The notes: generated by a model from the letters alone, not told the origin. DNA of 64,000 nucleotides from Candidatus Moraniibacteriota bacterium (GCA_016699385.1 CP064974.1:259242-323241); one strand, 5' to 3'; shown: positions 46,251 through 56,294, counted from the first letter of the stretch. Numbers and translations: made by a program.

Positions 46251-48131
46251 ATGCGTATTAATTTCAAATTTATTCGTACTATGAAATTTCTCATCATTCC
46301 GATAGGAGTTTTCTTGGGAATAGCATGGGCGTTCTCACTCTTTTTTTCATCAGCATCGGCTGTTTATGCGAGTGATGCTCCTTGTGGAGCTGGTGGTGGA
46401 ATTCTTGGTTATACTTCTTGTTGTAAGGATGCGAAGCTTTGTCCCGATGGAACAGTGCTTGGGAGAACCCTCCCAATGTGCATCTTTCCTGAGTGTCCAG
46501 GTTCTGGCGGAGGTGGTACGAATGCAGCGTGTAGTTCAGCGGCAAAAAACTATGCGTATACAGATACAGCATATTCTCCCAGTAATCTTTGTGTATCAGG
46601 TTCATCTCCCACTGTAGGAAATGGAGCGGTTCCATTTCCTGCGCCAGGGAAGACAGTCACGTGGTCATGTTTCAATAGCTCATCTCCAACAGTGACATGC
46701 TCCGCAAGTCGAGATGCTGCCCCTGCTATCACCTGTGGCACGGCAAATGGGAAAACATATCCAACCTCAGGACCTCCTTCGGCTGACCGTTGTGTCAACA
46801 CAACGCAGACGAATTTCGCCTTCCGTTACTCTGGTTCCTATTGGAATGGATGGACATGGAATTGTGGCACAGCTTCTTGCAGTGCGAATCTTTCCCCTGG
46901 TATTTGTGGAACTGCTAACGGAACAACACGCGCAACAGCTCCATCGACTGTAGCGGAACGCTGTAGTGCCGGTGTCTCGAGTGCTGTTTCCGGTTCGGGC
47001 CCCTGGAGCTGGAGTTGTACCGGAACAGCCTGCAGTGCAAGTAAGACAGTGTCATGTACGCCAAGTTGTTCTCTAAATCCGGCGTCATATTGCACGACGC
47101 ATTACCTCGGCAGTGATGGATGTGGAGGTTCGTGTGGGTATGGGACGATGGTTTGTCCAACTCCTCGCCTCAAGGTTTGTCCTGCTGCGGTTACTCTGAA
47201 TCCGACACAAACACAACAGCTCGAAGCGCGATACTGGGCAAATCTTGCGAGTATCCCATCGTGTTCGACAACAGGGTATTCAATGGTCACTCCGAGTGCA
47301 GCGTGGTCATCTTCAGTTCCGTCCGTTGCAACAGTAGGGAACATATCCGGAACGAAGGGTGTGGTGACGGCAGGAAGTCCTGCTTCGACATCACTGGCGA
47401 ATATTCAAGCGTTGTACATCGGTTTGCCAAGTTTTAGCGCGGTGACGGTGAATGGAGTGGTAGCGAGCCCTTCGGCAACGATTTCTGGAAGCGGATGCTC
47501 CATTCCGTTAGGAGCAAGCACATGTGATGGGACATTTACCTGGACTATTTCTGGAGCTACTTCGCCAAATGTATTTAATGCGACGAGAAGCATTCAGTAT
47601 ACAACGGCTTCTTCCGGAAATAATTCTCCTTTTGCTATCACCTACGGAGCAAATACTGTGCAGGCTCGAGATGGGGCAACGGTATTGGCAACGACTTCGG
47701 TAAGTGGTACCTGCGCATCGGGGACATGGGACAGCTCGAAGTGTGCCGCTGCGAGTGGTCAATTGCTTACCGTATCGAAGTCTGGATCGGGGACAGGAAC
47801 GATAACGAGTGTGCCTGCTGGAATAAGTTATCCGGGCGATGCGACTGAATCATATTCGACCGGCACCTCGGTTGTTCTCACAGCAACTGCTACTCTTGGG
47901 TCAACATTTACTGGCTGGAGTGGAGATTGTACCGGAACGGGTACCTGTACGGTGGTTATGAACTCCCCAAAAAATGTGTCAGCATCATTTGCTGCGCCGC
48001 CAACATGTACCTGTGATAATCCAAATGCTTGTGTAGGAAGTAGCTACACGGGCACTGGGTCGGGATGTGTTCCAAACGGATGCTCTGGCACCAAGGTTTG
48101 TGACCAGCATTGGAAAGAAGTAGCGCCGTAG
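46251..48131 (+). CDS. Large secreted Cys/Thr/Ser/Gly-rich surface protein with Cys-containing W-x-W-x-C repeats, a Big_2-like Ig domain and an InlB B-repeat-like domain
   Basis: After a signal peptide come repeated modules (..TWSC.., ..WTWNCGTASC.., ..WSWSCTGTAC..). A Big_2-like segment (..AAWSSSVPSVATVGNISGTKGVVTAGSPA..) and a Listeria-Bacteroides repeat-like segment (..GSGTGTITS..YSTGTSVVLTATATLGSTFTGWSGDCTGTGTCTV..) follow. Confidence 0.6.
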   Translation: MRINFKFIRTMKFLIIPIGVFLGIAWAFSLFFSSASAVYASDAPCGAGGGILGYTSCCKDAKLCPDGTVLGRTLPMCIFPECPGSGGGGTNAACSSAAKNYAYTDTAYSPSNLCVSGSSPTVGNGAVPFPAPGKTVTWSCFNSSSPTVTCSASRDAAPAITCGTANGKTYPTSGPPSADRCVNTTQTNFAFRYSGSYWNGWTWNCGTASCSANLSPGICGTANGTTRATAPSTVAERCSAGVSSAVSGSGPWSWSCTGTACSASKTVSCTPSCSLNPASYCTTHYLGSDGCGGSCGYGTMVCPTPRLKVCPAAVTLNPTQTQQLEARYWANLASIPSCSTTGYSMVTPSAAWSSSVPSVATVGNISGTKGVVTAGSPASTSLANIQALYIGLPSFSAVTVNGVVASPSATISGSGCSIPLGASTCDGTFTWTISGATSPNVFNATRSIQYTTASSGNNSPFAITYGANTVQARDGATVLATTSVSGTCASGTWDSSKCAAASGQLLTVSKSGSGTGTITSVPAGISYPGDATESYSTGTSVVLTATATLGSTFTGWSGDCTGTGTCTVVMNSPKNVSASFAAPPTCTCDNPNACVGSSYTGTGSGCVPNGCSGTKVCDQHWKEVAP

Positions 48132-48205
48132 AAAAGGCGAAGAATATGAGAGCGAAACCGCTTCCTGGTTTGGGGAGCGGTTTTCGGTTTGAGTGGCAAT
48201 GCGCT

Positions 48206-48925
48206 ATGCTAGATAATATGAAGAAAAAGATATCTCTCATGTTTCCGACATTCGAATATGAACAATCGGTGGCAGTACAGGATCGAATCGCAGTCGGGGT
48301 GGATGAGGCGGGGAGGGGACCCTTGGCTGGGCCAGTTGTCGCGGCGGCGGCATGGTATCGATTGACTCCGCTTGTGTTTCCTGTAGGAGAAGACCGATAT
48401 ACTCGACTCATCCGTGATTCAAAAACACTCTCGGAGGATCAGCGCGAGGAAGTGTATCAGTGGATAATTGATCATTTCGAAATCGGTGTCGGCATTGTTG
48501 ATGCTCGGACTATTGATCGGGTGAATATTCTTCAGGCGACATTTCTCGCCATGCGAGAGGCGATTGCAGTGCTCGCTGGAAAGCGTGCAACAAAAGAAAA
48601 ACAAGAAACAAAAACAATGCACATGCTTGTTGATGGCAATCGAGAGATTCCAGAACTCACTTTTCCTCAGGAGGCGATGGTAAAAGGGGATGCTCGGTCG
48701 GTTTCTATTGCGGCAGCGTCTATTGTTGCCAAGGTGACTCGCGACCGAATGATGCATAAGTACGATAGTGAGTATCTCGAGTATGGATTTGCACGACACA
48801 AGGGCTATGGGACAGCGGCGCACGTCGAGGCGATTCGACGGCTTGGTCCCTGCCCGATTCACAGGCATTCTTTTGCTCCCGTCGCTGAGTTGTCTCGGGA
48901 ATTTGCCAGAAATAAAGAAAGCTGA
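48206..48925 (+). CDS. rnhB: Ribonuclease HII
   Basis: ..GVDEAGRGPLAGPVV.. and ..DSK.. active-site motifs are present. The start is ambiguous (48206, 48218 or 48239). Confidence 0.88.
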   Translation: MLDNMKKKISLMFPTFEYEQSVAVQDRIAVGVDEAGRGPLAGPVVAAAAWYRLTPLVFPVGEDRYTRLIRDSKTLSEDQREEVYQWIIDHFEIGVGIVDARTIDRVNILQATFLAMREAIAVLAGKRATKEKQETKTMHMLVDGNREIPELTFPQEAMVKGDARSVSIAAASIVAKVTRDRMMHKYDSEYLEYGFARHKGYGTAAHVEAIRRLGPCPIHRHSFAPVAELSREFARNKES

Positions 48926-48963
48926 TAGACTTGGGGACAAGTGTTTTCCATTGAGAATATCCT

Positions 48964-49176
48964 ATGTCAGTACCGAAACAGAGGCATTCCAAGGCGCGAC
49001 AGGCGCGCGGACGTGTCCGCTATGTGAAGTCAGTCAAGAACGGTGTTCTGTGCCTGAAATGTGGATCGAGTATTTTGGCACATCGCGTGTGTCCAAAATG
49101 CGGTTTCTACAAGGATCGGGAGTATGTGAATACCATGAAGCAGGTGGAAACACCAGCAAAGAAAGAGAAGAAATAG
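48964..49176 (+). CDS. rpmF: 50S ribosomal protein L32
   Basis: MSVPKQRHSKARQARGR.. and C-x2-C...C-x2-C are present. Confidence 0.88.
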   Translation: MSVPKQRHSKARQARGRVRYVKSVKNGVLCLKCGSSILAHRVCPKCGFYKDREYVNTMKQVETPAKKEKK

Positions 49177-49218
49177 CCTTTCTTGGGTCAGCTCTATACT
49201 TTGGTTGTTTTTTGAAAT

Positions 49219-49746
49219 ATGGCGAATCGGCACCTTCAACGATCGGTGGCAATGCAAGCGCTTTTTGAGTGGGATTTCCGAAAGAGCGGCGATGCGGAGA
49301 TGGCTGACATTGCACGTCGAAATCTCGAAGAATTCGCTCCGGGACTCGAGGACGCCTCGTTTACGCGCGTCCTCGTCGAGGGGACACTCGCGCATCGCAA
49401 GGTTATCGATCAGCTTATTGAGAAGTGTGCGCCCGAGTGGCCACTTGACCAGGTGACGGTTATCGATCGCAATGTATTGCGGCTCGGTATTTTTGAGTTG
49501 CTCTATGGCAACTACGATGAAGTGCCCCCAAAGGTGGCGATTAATGAAGCCATCGAGCTTTCCAAGACCTTTGGCAGTGACAGTTCTCCGCGGTTTATCA
49601 ATGGCGTCTTGGGGACGATTTATCGTGAGATGGGTGAGCCAATGAAAGACGACTCGAGCGAGAAGCGTCGCGCCGCACTGAAACTGAAGGAGCTCGAAGA
49701 ACGCCCGGGAGATATGAAGACGGAGCCAATTGATTCGGATGATTAA
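49219..49746 (+). CDS. nusB: Transcription antitermination factor NusB
   Basis: ..[13 protein letters not shown].. matches the NusB helical fold, and a C-terminal acidic tail is present. Confidence 0.85.
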   Translation: MANRHLQRSVAMQALFEWDFRKSGDAEMADIARRNLEEFAPGLEDASFTRVLVEGTLAHRKVIDQLIEKCAPEWPLDQVTVIDRNVLRLGIFELLYGNYDEVPPKVAINEAIELSKTFGSDSSPRFINGVLGTIYREMGEPMKDDSSEKRRAALKLKELEERPGDMKTEPIDSDD

Positions 49747-49812
49747 ATCGTAATGTTCTTCCCGGCATAAGCTGGGCATTCTCCCAGAGTTTTCAAGAAT
49801 GTCGCGCTTTTC

Positions 49813-50523
49813 TTGGGAAGTGGTTTTCGTATGAAAGAATTTGAGAGTAAAGAAGTCTCTCGTGTATTGGGTGTGGAATTTCGCAATACAGAGTACCTTC
49901 AGACCGCTTTTACGCACCGTTCGTATATCAATGAGCATCGGAATTATCCATTCGATCACAATGAACGGCTGGAATTTCTGGGTGACGCTGTTTTGGAGCT
50001 CATCGTGACGGAGTATCTCTTTCATCACTATCCCAATCCCGAAGGAGAGCTCACCAGCTGGCGAGCCGCCTTGGTAAACGGTGAAATGCTCGCACGCGTG
50101 GGCGCCGAGATTGGTATAGAGCCTTTCCTTATAATGAGCCGGGGCGAGTCGAAGGATACGGGACGATCGCGTCAGTATTTGATTGCCAATGCTATGGAGG
50201 CTATTATCGGCGCACTGTATCTCGACCAGGGGTATGACGCCTCGAAGGATTTCATTCTTCGTGTCATTGTAAGTCATTTGCCGGAAGTTTTTGAACAGAA
50301 GCTCTATGCCGATCCAAAGAGCGATTTTCAGGAACAGGCGCAGACGCGTCTCGGCATGACGCCTTCCTATCGCGTGCTTTCCGAGTCTGGTCCCGATCAT
50401 GACAAGTGCTTCACTGCCGGTGCCTATGTGGGCGACGACCTGGTCGCCGAAGGAACGGGAAATTCAAAGCAGGAAGCTCAGCGTGAAGCCGCCAAAAACG
50501 CGCTCAAGAAGAAAGGCTGGTAG
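49813..50523 (+). CDS. rnc: Ribonuclease III
   Basis: The RNase III signature ERLEFLGDAVLEL and a C-terminal dsRBD are present. Confidence 0.93.
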   Translation: MGSGFRMKEFESKEVSRVLGVEFRNTEYLQTAFTHRSYINEHRNYPFDHNERLEFLGDAVLELIVTEYLFHHYPNPEGELTSWRAALVNGEMLARVGAEIGIEPFLIMSRGESKDTGRSRQYLIANAMEAIIGALYLDQGYDASKDFILRVIVSHLPEVFEQKLYADPKSDFQEQAQTRLGMTPSYRVLSESGPDHDKCFTAGAYVGDDLVAEGTGNSKQEAQREAAKNALKKKGW

Positions 50524-50601
50524 TGTCTCATCTTCCGTTTTGTTTCAATTTTTGCTATACTTTAGGAAAGTTTTGTGAAAGGGATACGTGATACAAATAC
50601 C

Positions 50602-51141
50602 ATGGAAACAGAAAAACAAGAGAAATTTCAGTCGCGATGGTTTTTTTGGGTATTCTTTCTGGCGGTCTTTCTTTCGGTGTTTGCGACATTCTACCGAGTG
50701 TTTATTGCGAAGAACTATCTGGTTGATATAGAGACGGCGTGCTCTCCGGAGACGGAAGCGTGTTTTGCGCGAGATATATGTGACACAGAAGATCAAATCT
50801 GTGCCGAGGGCGACACGCTGATAGAGACATCGTACTACAAAACCGTTGAGCGGAAGGCGTTTGCTTTTCCGGAAGCATGTGCTTCCGGATCGCTTGACTC
50901 ACCGCTTTGTGCTGATTTGTCTTGTCGGTCAGGAGAAGTAGATTGCACCGAGACTTTTTGTTCCGATGAAACAGTGCCCGAAGGCGAGACCTGTGTTGGT
51001 CCGGGAGTTGTCCCGGAAGAATCGATGACTCCAGATGAATCCGCTGTAGAAGATGAGGAATCCGGAGATACTATGAATGAAGCTCCTATGGAGGATTCGA
51101 GCGGAAAGAGTGACTCAATACAAATGAATGAGATGAATTAG
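50602..51141 (+). CDS. Membrane-anchored Cys-rich acidic hypothetical protein
   Basis: A TM helix is followed by about 12 Cys in 90 aa and then a Glu/Asp/Ser-rich tail. Confidence 0.5.
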   Translation: METEKQEKFQSRWFFWVFFLAVFLSVFATFYRVFIAKNYLVDIETACSPETEACFARDICDTEDQICAEGDTLIETSYYKTVERKAFAFPEACASGSLDSPLCADLSCRSGEVDCTETFCSDETVPEGETCVGPGVVPEESMTPDESAVEDEESGDTMNEAPMEDSSGKSDSIQMNEMN

Positions 51142-51149
51142 ACGAATAT

Positions 51150-51173
51150 GGTGATTTCGAGAGTGATTGACAG
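51150..51173 (+). promoter_or_regulatory. Conserved 24-nt motif GGTGATTTCGAGAGTGATTGACAG (copy 1; contains TTGACA)
   Basis: It recurs at 58867..58890 with one mismatch, in both cases 150-200 bp upstream of a + strand gene. Confidence 0.5.
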
Positions 51174-51322
51174 GAACCATTCTGTGTGATGCCAATAAAT
51201 AGCCAAAGAGCATATCTACTTTTTGGCAATATGCGCATGTTCTTTCAGTACTTTGAAAAAAAGGACTGTTTCTGTTTCAGTCCTCTTATATGTAAGAGGC
51301 TTTACTCTGCGAGATTCCATCT

Positions 51323-52696
51323 ATGAAGAAAAAGACTCCTGATGTGAATGTAGTCGCTCCGAGATCGATTAGTGGATTTCCCGAGTGGCTTCCCGAGGTG
51401 AAGATTCTGGAAAACCGTCTCTTGAATATCATCCGAAAGCACTATGAGTCTTTCGGTTTTGTTCCGATAGAGACTCCAGCTGTTGAGTTGCGTGAAGTAT
51501 TGACAGCAAAGGGCGGGAATGAAAAGGAAATCTACACTCTCGGTCGCTTGCGAGACGCCGGAACGGGTGATGACACCAAAGATTTGGCGCTTCACTTCGA
51601 TCTCACAGTTCCTCTCGCGCGCTATGTCGCCCAGTACCAGCGAGAGCTTGTTTTCCCATTCCGCCGCTACCAGATTCAAAAGGTCTGGCGAGGCGAACGT
51701 CCTCAATCCGGAAGGTTCCGGGAATTTTACCAGTGCGATATCGATGTCATCGGTGATGAGACACTGAACCTCCTCACTGACGCGGAAATGCCGGCAGTGA
51801 TATACCAGATATTTTCCGAGATGGGCGTCGGTCCGTTCATGATCAGGATCAACAATCGGAAGATAGTCCAAGGATTGCTTTCATGGATCGGTGTGGTAGA
51901 GGAAGACTTCACTGCTGTCATGCACATTCTGGACGATCTCGAAAAATTGGGCATCGATCGTTGTATCGCGAGTCTGAAGGAGCTGGGTATCTCGGAAGAG
52001 CTGGCACGAAAGGTGCTCACGCTTGTCGGGCGAAAGTTCACTGCGAGTTCGGCTTTGCGAGAGCTTGAAAGTCTTGGATGTTCTGAGTCTCTCTATCTTG
52101 AGGGTGTTCAGGAACTCAACACTGTCCTCGAAGGGGTGCTGGCGCTTGGTGTTCCGGAAGAATCTTTCTGTGCTGATCTCTCGATTGTCCGCGGTTTGGA
52201 CTACTACACGGGAACGGTCTATGAGACGATTCTTCTCGATCATCCGAATGTGGGAAGCGTATGCTCTGGCGGACGGTATGAGAATTTGGCAAGCTACTTC
52301 ACCAGCCGAAAGTTGCCAGGTGTCGGTATTTCCATCGGACTCTCTCGACTGCTCTCACGGCTTCTTCAGGAAAAGGTGCTCACTGCACAGCCTTGTTCTC
52401 CTGCTCCGGTTCTCGTGACGAGTATGGATGGACAGAGAATGAAGGACTACATGGAGATGGCGGCGGAACTTCGATTGACGGGTATTGGGGCGGAAACGTA
52501 CCTTGAGTTCAAGAAAATGGGCGCACAGCTTGGGTATGCCTCAAAGAAGGGGTTTCGAGTCGCGATTATTGCTGGGAGTGAGGAATTTGAGAGCGACACC
52601 GTCGTCGTGAAGAATCTTGGCACTGGTGTGCAGACATCGGTTTCCCGAGCGGAGCTTGTTCAAGAAGTTTCTTGCGTTCTTGGAAACAAGACGTAA
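51323..52696 (+). CDS. hisS: Histidine--tRNA ligase
   Basis: HisRS motif 2 is present (..FPFRRYQIQKVWRGERPQSGRFREFYQCDIDVIG..). Confidence 0.85.
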   Translation: MKKKTPDVNVVAPRSISGFPEWLPEVKILENRLLNIIRKHYESFGFVPIETPAVELREVLTAKGGNEKEIYTLGRLRDAGTGDDTKDLALHFDLTVPLARYVAQYQRELVFPFRRYQIQKVWRGERPQSGRFREFYQCDIDVIGDETLNLLTDAEMPAVIYQIFSEMGVGPFMIRINNRKIVQGLLSWIGVVEEDFTAVMHILDDLEKLGIDRCIASLKELGISEELARKVLTLVGRKFTASSALRELESLGCSESLYLEGVQELNTVLEGVLALGVPEESFCADLSIVRGLDYYTGTVYETILLDHPNVGSVCSGGRYENLASYFTSRKLPGVGISIGLSRLLSRLLQEKVLTAQPCSPAPVLVTSMDGQRMKDYMEMAAELRLTGIGAETYLEFKKMGAQLGYASKKGFRVAIIAGSEEFESDTVVVKNLGTGVQTSVSRAELVQEVSCVLGNKT

Positions 52697-52855
52697 GGAA
52701 GATTTTGTTTTATCTATGTTGAGCAGTTGGCTTCTTCGGACGATTTTCAATTTTGGAAGCGTCTTTTTTCTTTTCTATCTCTATGGTTTTTCAAATCCTT
52801 GAGAGTCTCTTTATCCCGATCAAATGCACCAAGATATGAGAAATCCGGTAAAAAT

Positions 52856-52900
52856 AAAACTGCTTGTGTAGCATTCGCCAACAAGCAGCTTCGGGTTTTC
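52856..52900. terminator. Convergent terminator hairpin between hisS and the minus-strand P-loop gene
   Basis: aaaaCTGCTTGTgtagcattcgccaACAAGCAGcttcgggtttt. Confidence 0.5.
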
Positions 52901-52906
52901 CATCAT

Positions 52907-53479
52907 TCACAGCAGATTCTGGATAAAGCGAAGGATTTTCCGTGCACCCACCAGAACTGACTGATCGTTCATCACCACCATCTTGTTTGCCATTTTGGCA
53001 GACAGTTCGTCCCACCGTACAGCATTGAGCTGAAGATCCTCAGCGCAGAGTTGCGGGACAGCATTCATAATGCGCAAGAGTCGCTCGCCATTCATTCGTC
53101 GTCGCTCGGCAATCACTGACGGATGGGCGTTAACGTACACAAACCCGCGAAAGAGCTGGAGCATCGCATCATCCCACATATCCTCAATCGCTAGTTCTCC
53201 AGACATACGAATCGGCACTACCAAATGTGTGTCCACAATTGTAACAAGACTGGTAGTGCTTTCGATGACGGCGGCTATGCCCTCGATAATCGCTCGCTTT
53301 TTTACAGTGGCGGGTGTTGATTCGAGTGCTTCGTACGAAGCTACGCTCAATGTTTCTTTCAAAACTGTACTCCCTCGCACCACGATCATGCTCGGGTGCA
53401 TTTCCAATAACGCTTCCAAGAGAGCGGATTTACCAACTCCATTTACACCAAAAACACAAACGGCAACCTTCTTGTTCAC
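52907..53479 (-). CDS. P-loop NTPase / kinase-like protein of unknown specificity
   Basis: Walker A GVNGVGKS is present in a 190-aa protein. Confidence 0.55.
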   Translation of the reverse strand: MNKKVAVCVFGVNGVGKSALLEALLEMHPSMIVVRGSTVLKETLSVASYEALESTPATVKKRAIIEGIAAVIESTTSLVTIVDTHLVVPIRMSGELAIEDMWDDAMLQLFRGFVYVNAHPSVIAERRRMNGERLLRIMNAVPQLCAEDLQLNAVRWDELSAKMANKMVVMNDQSVLVGARKILRFIQNLL

Positions 53480-53554
53480 GAAAAACCTCCTTCAGGGCAA
53501 TGATACTGCTACATGATTGTAGCGGTATCGGTTACCCTCAAGAAAGAATCCGAC

Positions 53555-55270
53555 CTACAAGGTGGCAATAAATTTTTCAAAAAACGGCAATTCCGTAAAC
53601 AGCACTCGTTCATGTACCGGCATTTGTTTGTAGGTCAGTTTTTGAGAATTTTGGGCGTGCACCGGCACAAGAATAGTGTCTAAAGGATACGCGTGATATT
53701 CGCTTTCGGTCAAAATTTTGCTAATACAAAGCGGTACCTCGGCGATACAAACCTTATACTCTTTACCATCATAAAACACCATACAGTTTCGACGCAGAGC
53801 CGTTCTGTCATCCTCGCCATCCAAAAGAGCGAGTATTTTTTCAGGACCAAGACATGTAGCTGCTTGTTTGGAGTTCGCTCCCGGAAAACCATTCAGAGCA
53901 TTGATAAATATCCCTCCATCGGTAACGATAACAGGGTGTTTGAGAATGCTATAACTCTTTCTCGCTTTATCTTTTGCAATCTCAATAATATCATCGTGTT
54001 TTATTTCGGTAATATCGACATTCGCCAAATGAAGCGTATGCTCTGTGCATTTGCTTTGCAATTCCAACACCTTCGTGGCACTACTCGTGGCAAAATATAA
54101 AGATCGGGCTGTTGGTTTGTGAAAAACCAGAACACTCACTCGGTGAGTATCGGATCCGCTGTATGACACAGTGACCAAACCGAGTTCCGCGAGAATGTCT
54201 CTAAGCCACTCTCTCTCCAGTTGATTTTTCTGCATTCTCCCTGCATCATCGTTATTGGAAATGTTGCTGATATAGTCAAAAACGAGATAGCCGTCCGGAG
54301 TGAGAGATTCCGCCATCACTGAAAGTGTCGGCAATATATCGCTCCTGTGCATGTGTGACAGCACGACTCCGCGCGAAGTGATCAGTCCATATCTCTCCTT
54401 TTCGCCCGAAAAAATACCACTCTCAAAACGAACACGCGCATCAGTTGTTTTTTCTGTCGCAACGCGAACCATTTCAGGACTAATATCCATGCCGAGAATA
54501 TCGGAGATGGTGCTATTTTCAGCAATCAATCTCGTTACTGCGCCATCCCCGCAACCAATATCCAAAGCTGATCCCGACACAAGCGGCAATATGCGCCGTA
54601 CCTCGGTATCGAAACGATCATACCCATTTTCGTGATTCACATATGAAGTTTCATCCTCGCGTATTGATTGCCAGTTTTCAGCTCGTCCGTCCCAACGACT
54701 GGCGACATGAGCATTGTGTTTTTCTCGATTTTTCTCTACCTCTTCAATATGTTTCACGAGTTTTGCAAAAGCCTTTCCTCGATGATTTTCTTCCACGCCA
54801 AGCGCACCGAGTGAAGCACGATTGATTTGCACCAACACATCAAGCGTGAGCGGAGTATTCGAGTCAAGATGCTCATAGCGCGTCGTACCGCGCACTTCCC
54901 CGCGAAACACATGGCAGTCAAAGCCGTCAAAATATCCGATAAAGCATGTTACGGTCACGGAAGTGTTGGTCGGCAAAAATTGAGGCAGTGTTGCGAGCGT
55001 GCTGTTTTTGAGAAGATGCTTGATCAGCGCTCCGGGATACGTATCCGACCCCACCGTGAGAGAGACATCGTCCACGATGAAGGGCATCATGGTCGTTTTC
55101 CGTATCTCCGCCATTTTTTCAAGTATCACTTCCTCTCCGTTTACCGACTGTATTTCTTTCGTCTCCGCCGATTTTGGAACAATTTCAAAAAGATGAGCGG
55201 GCACGGTTTTCTGCAGTTCCCGATATTGATTCAACTTTTTCTGATTTTCCGAAATACAGTACAGCTTCAT
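53555..55270 (-). CDS. Tripartite fusion: partial Ham1/ITPase-like N-domain, class I SAM-dependent methyltransferase, and a full Ham1/ITPase (non-canonical purine NTP pyrophosphatase) domain
   Basis: The N-terminus has ..KLYCISENQKKLNQ.. and ..FIVDDVSLTVGSDTYPGALIK.. (Ham1-like). The middle has ..LDIGCGDGAVT.. (SAM MTase motif I). The C-terminus has ..FYFATSSATKVLELQ.. and ..IVTDGGIFINALNGFPGANSKQ.. (second Ham1 domain). Confidence 0.6.
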   Translation of the reverse strand: MKLYCISENQKKLNQYRELQKTVPAHLFEIVPKSAETKEIQSVNGEEVILEKMAEIRKTTMMPFIVDDVSLTVGSDTYPGALIKHLLKNSTLATLPQFLPTNTSVTVTCFIGYFDGFDCHVFRGEVRGTTRYEHLDSNTPLTLDVLVQINRASLGALGVEENHRGKAFAKLVKHIEEVEKNREKHNAHVASRWDGRAENWQSIREDETSYVNHENGYDRFDTEVRRILPLVSGSALDIGCGDGAVTRLIAENSTISDILGMDISPEMVRVATEKTTDARVRFESGIFSGEKERYGLITSRGVVLSHMHRSDILPTLSVMAESLTPDGYLVFDYISNISNNDDAGRMQKNQLEREWLRDILAELGLVTVSYSGSDTHRVSVLVFHKPTARSLYFATSSATKVLELQSKCTEHTLHLANVDITEIKHDDIIEIAKDKARKSYSILKHPVIVTDGGIFINALNGFPGANSKQAATCLGPEKILALLDGEDDRTALRRNCMVFYDGKEYKVCIAEVPLCISKILTESEYHAYPLDTILVPVHAQNSQKLTYKQMPVHERVLFTELPFFEKFIATL

Positions 55271-55273
55271 ACA

Positions 55274-56050
55274 TTAAGCGGCTACGGATTGATTGAGGTA
55301 GGTGCTCAAAACACCAAAAGCCTCATTGTATGTGTTCTTATAGACATGAGCATCCGTGATATACCCGTCCATCACGCCCGTTTTGATATTGACTCCAAGC
55401 GATTGCTCGAGTTTCTTTGCTACCACATGAGTGATGTCCGCAAACACCACCAAGTCGCTTATATTTTTTTGATACGCATCTTGTGAGCGCATGAAAAAAT
55501 GCGTATTCATAGTATACTCATTCTCCTTCACCTTGTGGAGCCTGAATTGCAGAGAAACGATACAAGGAAGGTAATCGTTGAAGGGTGAATTTTTCACGTT
55601 CTCGTAATCTTCATAGGTAGGAAAAACCATAACAGCTTTCTTGCTTTCCGGAATACGCGTCAACCGATGCACGACGAAATCAATCATTTTTCCCTCTTCA
55701 AGCCGTTTTTTGTAACTCTTTGCCCCGGTGCGGAAAGAAGGCGTGATGTCAAAATCCGCCATCGTGTCAGCCTCAAAGGCGAGCTTTCGCATGGAAGCAA
55801 TCGATTCTTGATTGGCGTACTTCTGGATGATTGGATCGTTGTCGGGATGAGTGTAGTTGTTGATAATGACTCGTACTCCATGCAACGCAAAACGGGCGAG
55901 ATTTTCATCGTACTCTAAATCACCATTTTTGATACACGCTTCTACCAAACCAAGCCACGCTTCGCCTAGGGATTGAGCCTCGATAGTGCATCCAAAATTG
56001 TAACAATGCAAATTCATAGTTTCCTTTAAAAAATGAGATGCTACAGGCAA
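55274..56050 (-). CDS. Thymidylate synthase (ThyA) family protein, divergent
   Basis: The C-terminal core matches ThyA (..YLPCIVSLQFRLHK..HFFMRSQDAYQKNISDLVVFADITHVVAKKL..DGYITDAHVY, compared with LPPCH..FQFYV..SCQLYQRSCD.FLGLPFNIASY...GD.HLY). The N-terminal third is atypical. Confidence 0.6.
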   Translation of the reverse strand: MPVASHFLKETMNLHCYNFGCTIEAQSLGEAWLGLVEACIKNGDLEYDENLARFALHGVRVIINNYTHPDNDPIIQKYANQESIASMRKLAFEADTMADFDITPSFRTGAKSYKKRLEEGKMIDFVVHRLTRIPESKKAVMVFPTYEDYENVKNSPFNDYLPCIVSLQFRLHKVKENEYTMNTHFFMRSQDAYQKNISDLVVFADITHVVAKKLEQSLGVNIKTGVMDGYITDAHVYKNTYNEAFGVLSTYLNQSVAA

Positions 56051-56294
56051 GCTGTTGGCTTAAAAGGTGCGGAACCAATACCCGAAAATGCTGAATTTAT
56101 CGCTAAAATAACCATTATGCACTCGATTTCACAATGTACACCAAGAATATACTATTGTCAAGACTTCTATCCCATATAAAAGTCTTTAGGCGGACTTGAC
56201 ATATATTCTATCCCCTACTATACTCCATTATGATAAAGTGTCAACTCTCTATATGAGGCATATGCGCAAAACTAGGAACAAAGAAGATACATGG

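Noticed and set aside
49030-50400. 456-aa minus-strand ORF antisense to nusB and rnc
   Set aside because: It overlaps two strongly supported plus-strand genes and has no recognisable motif.
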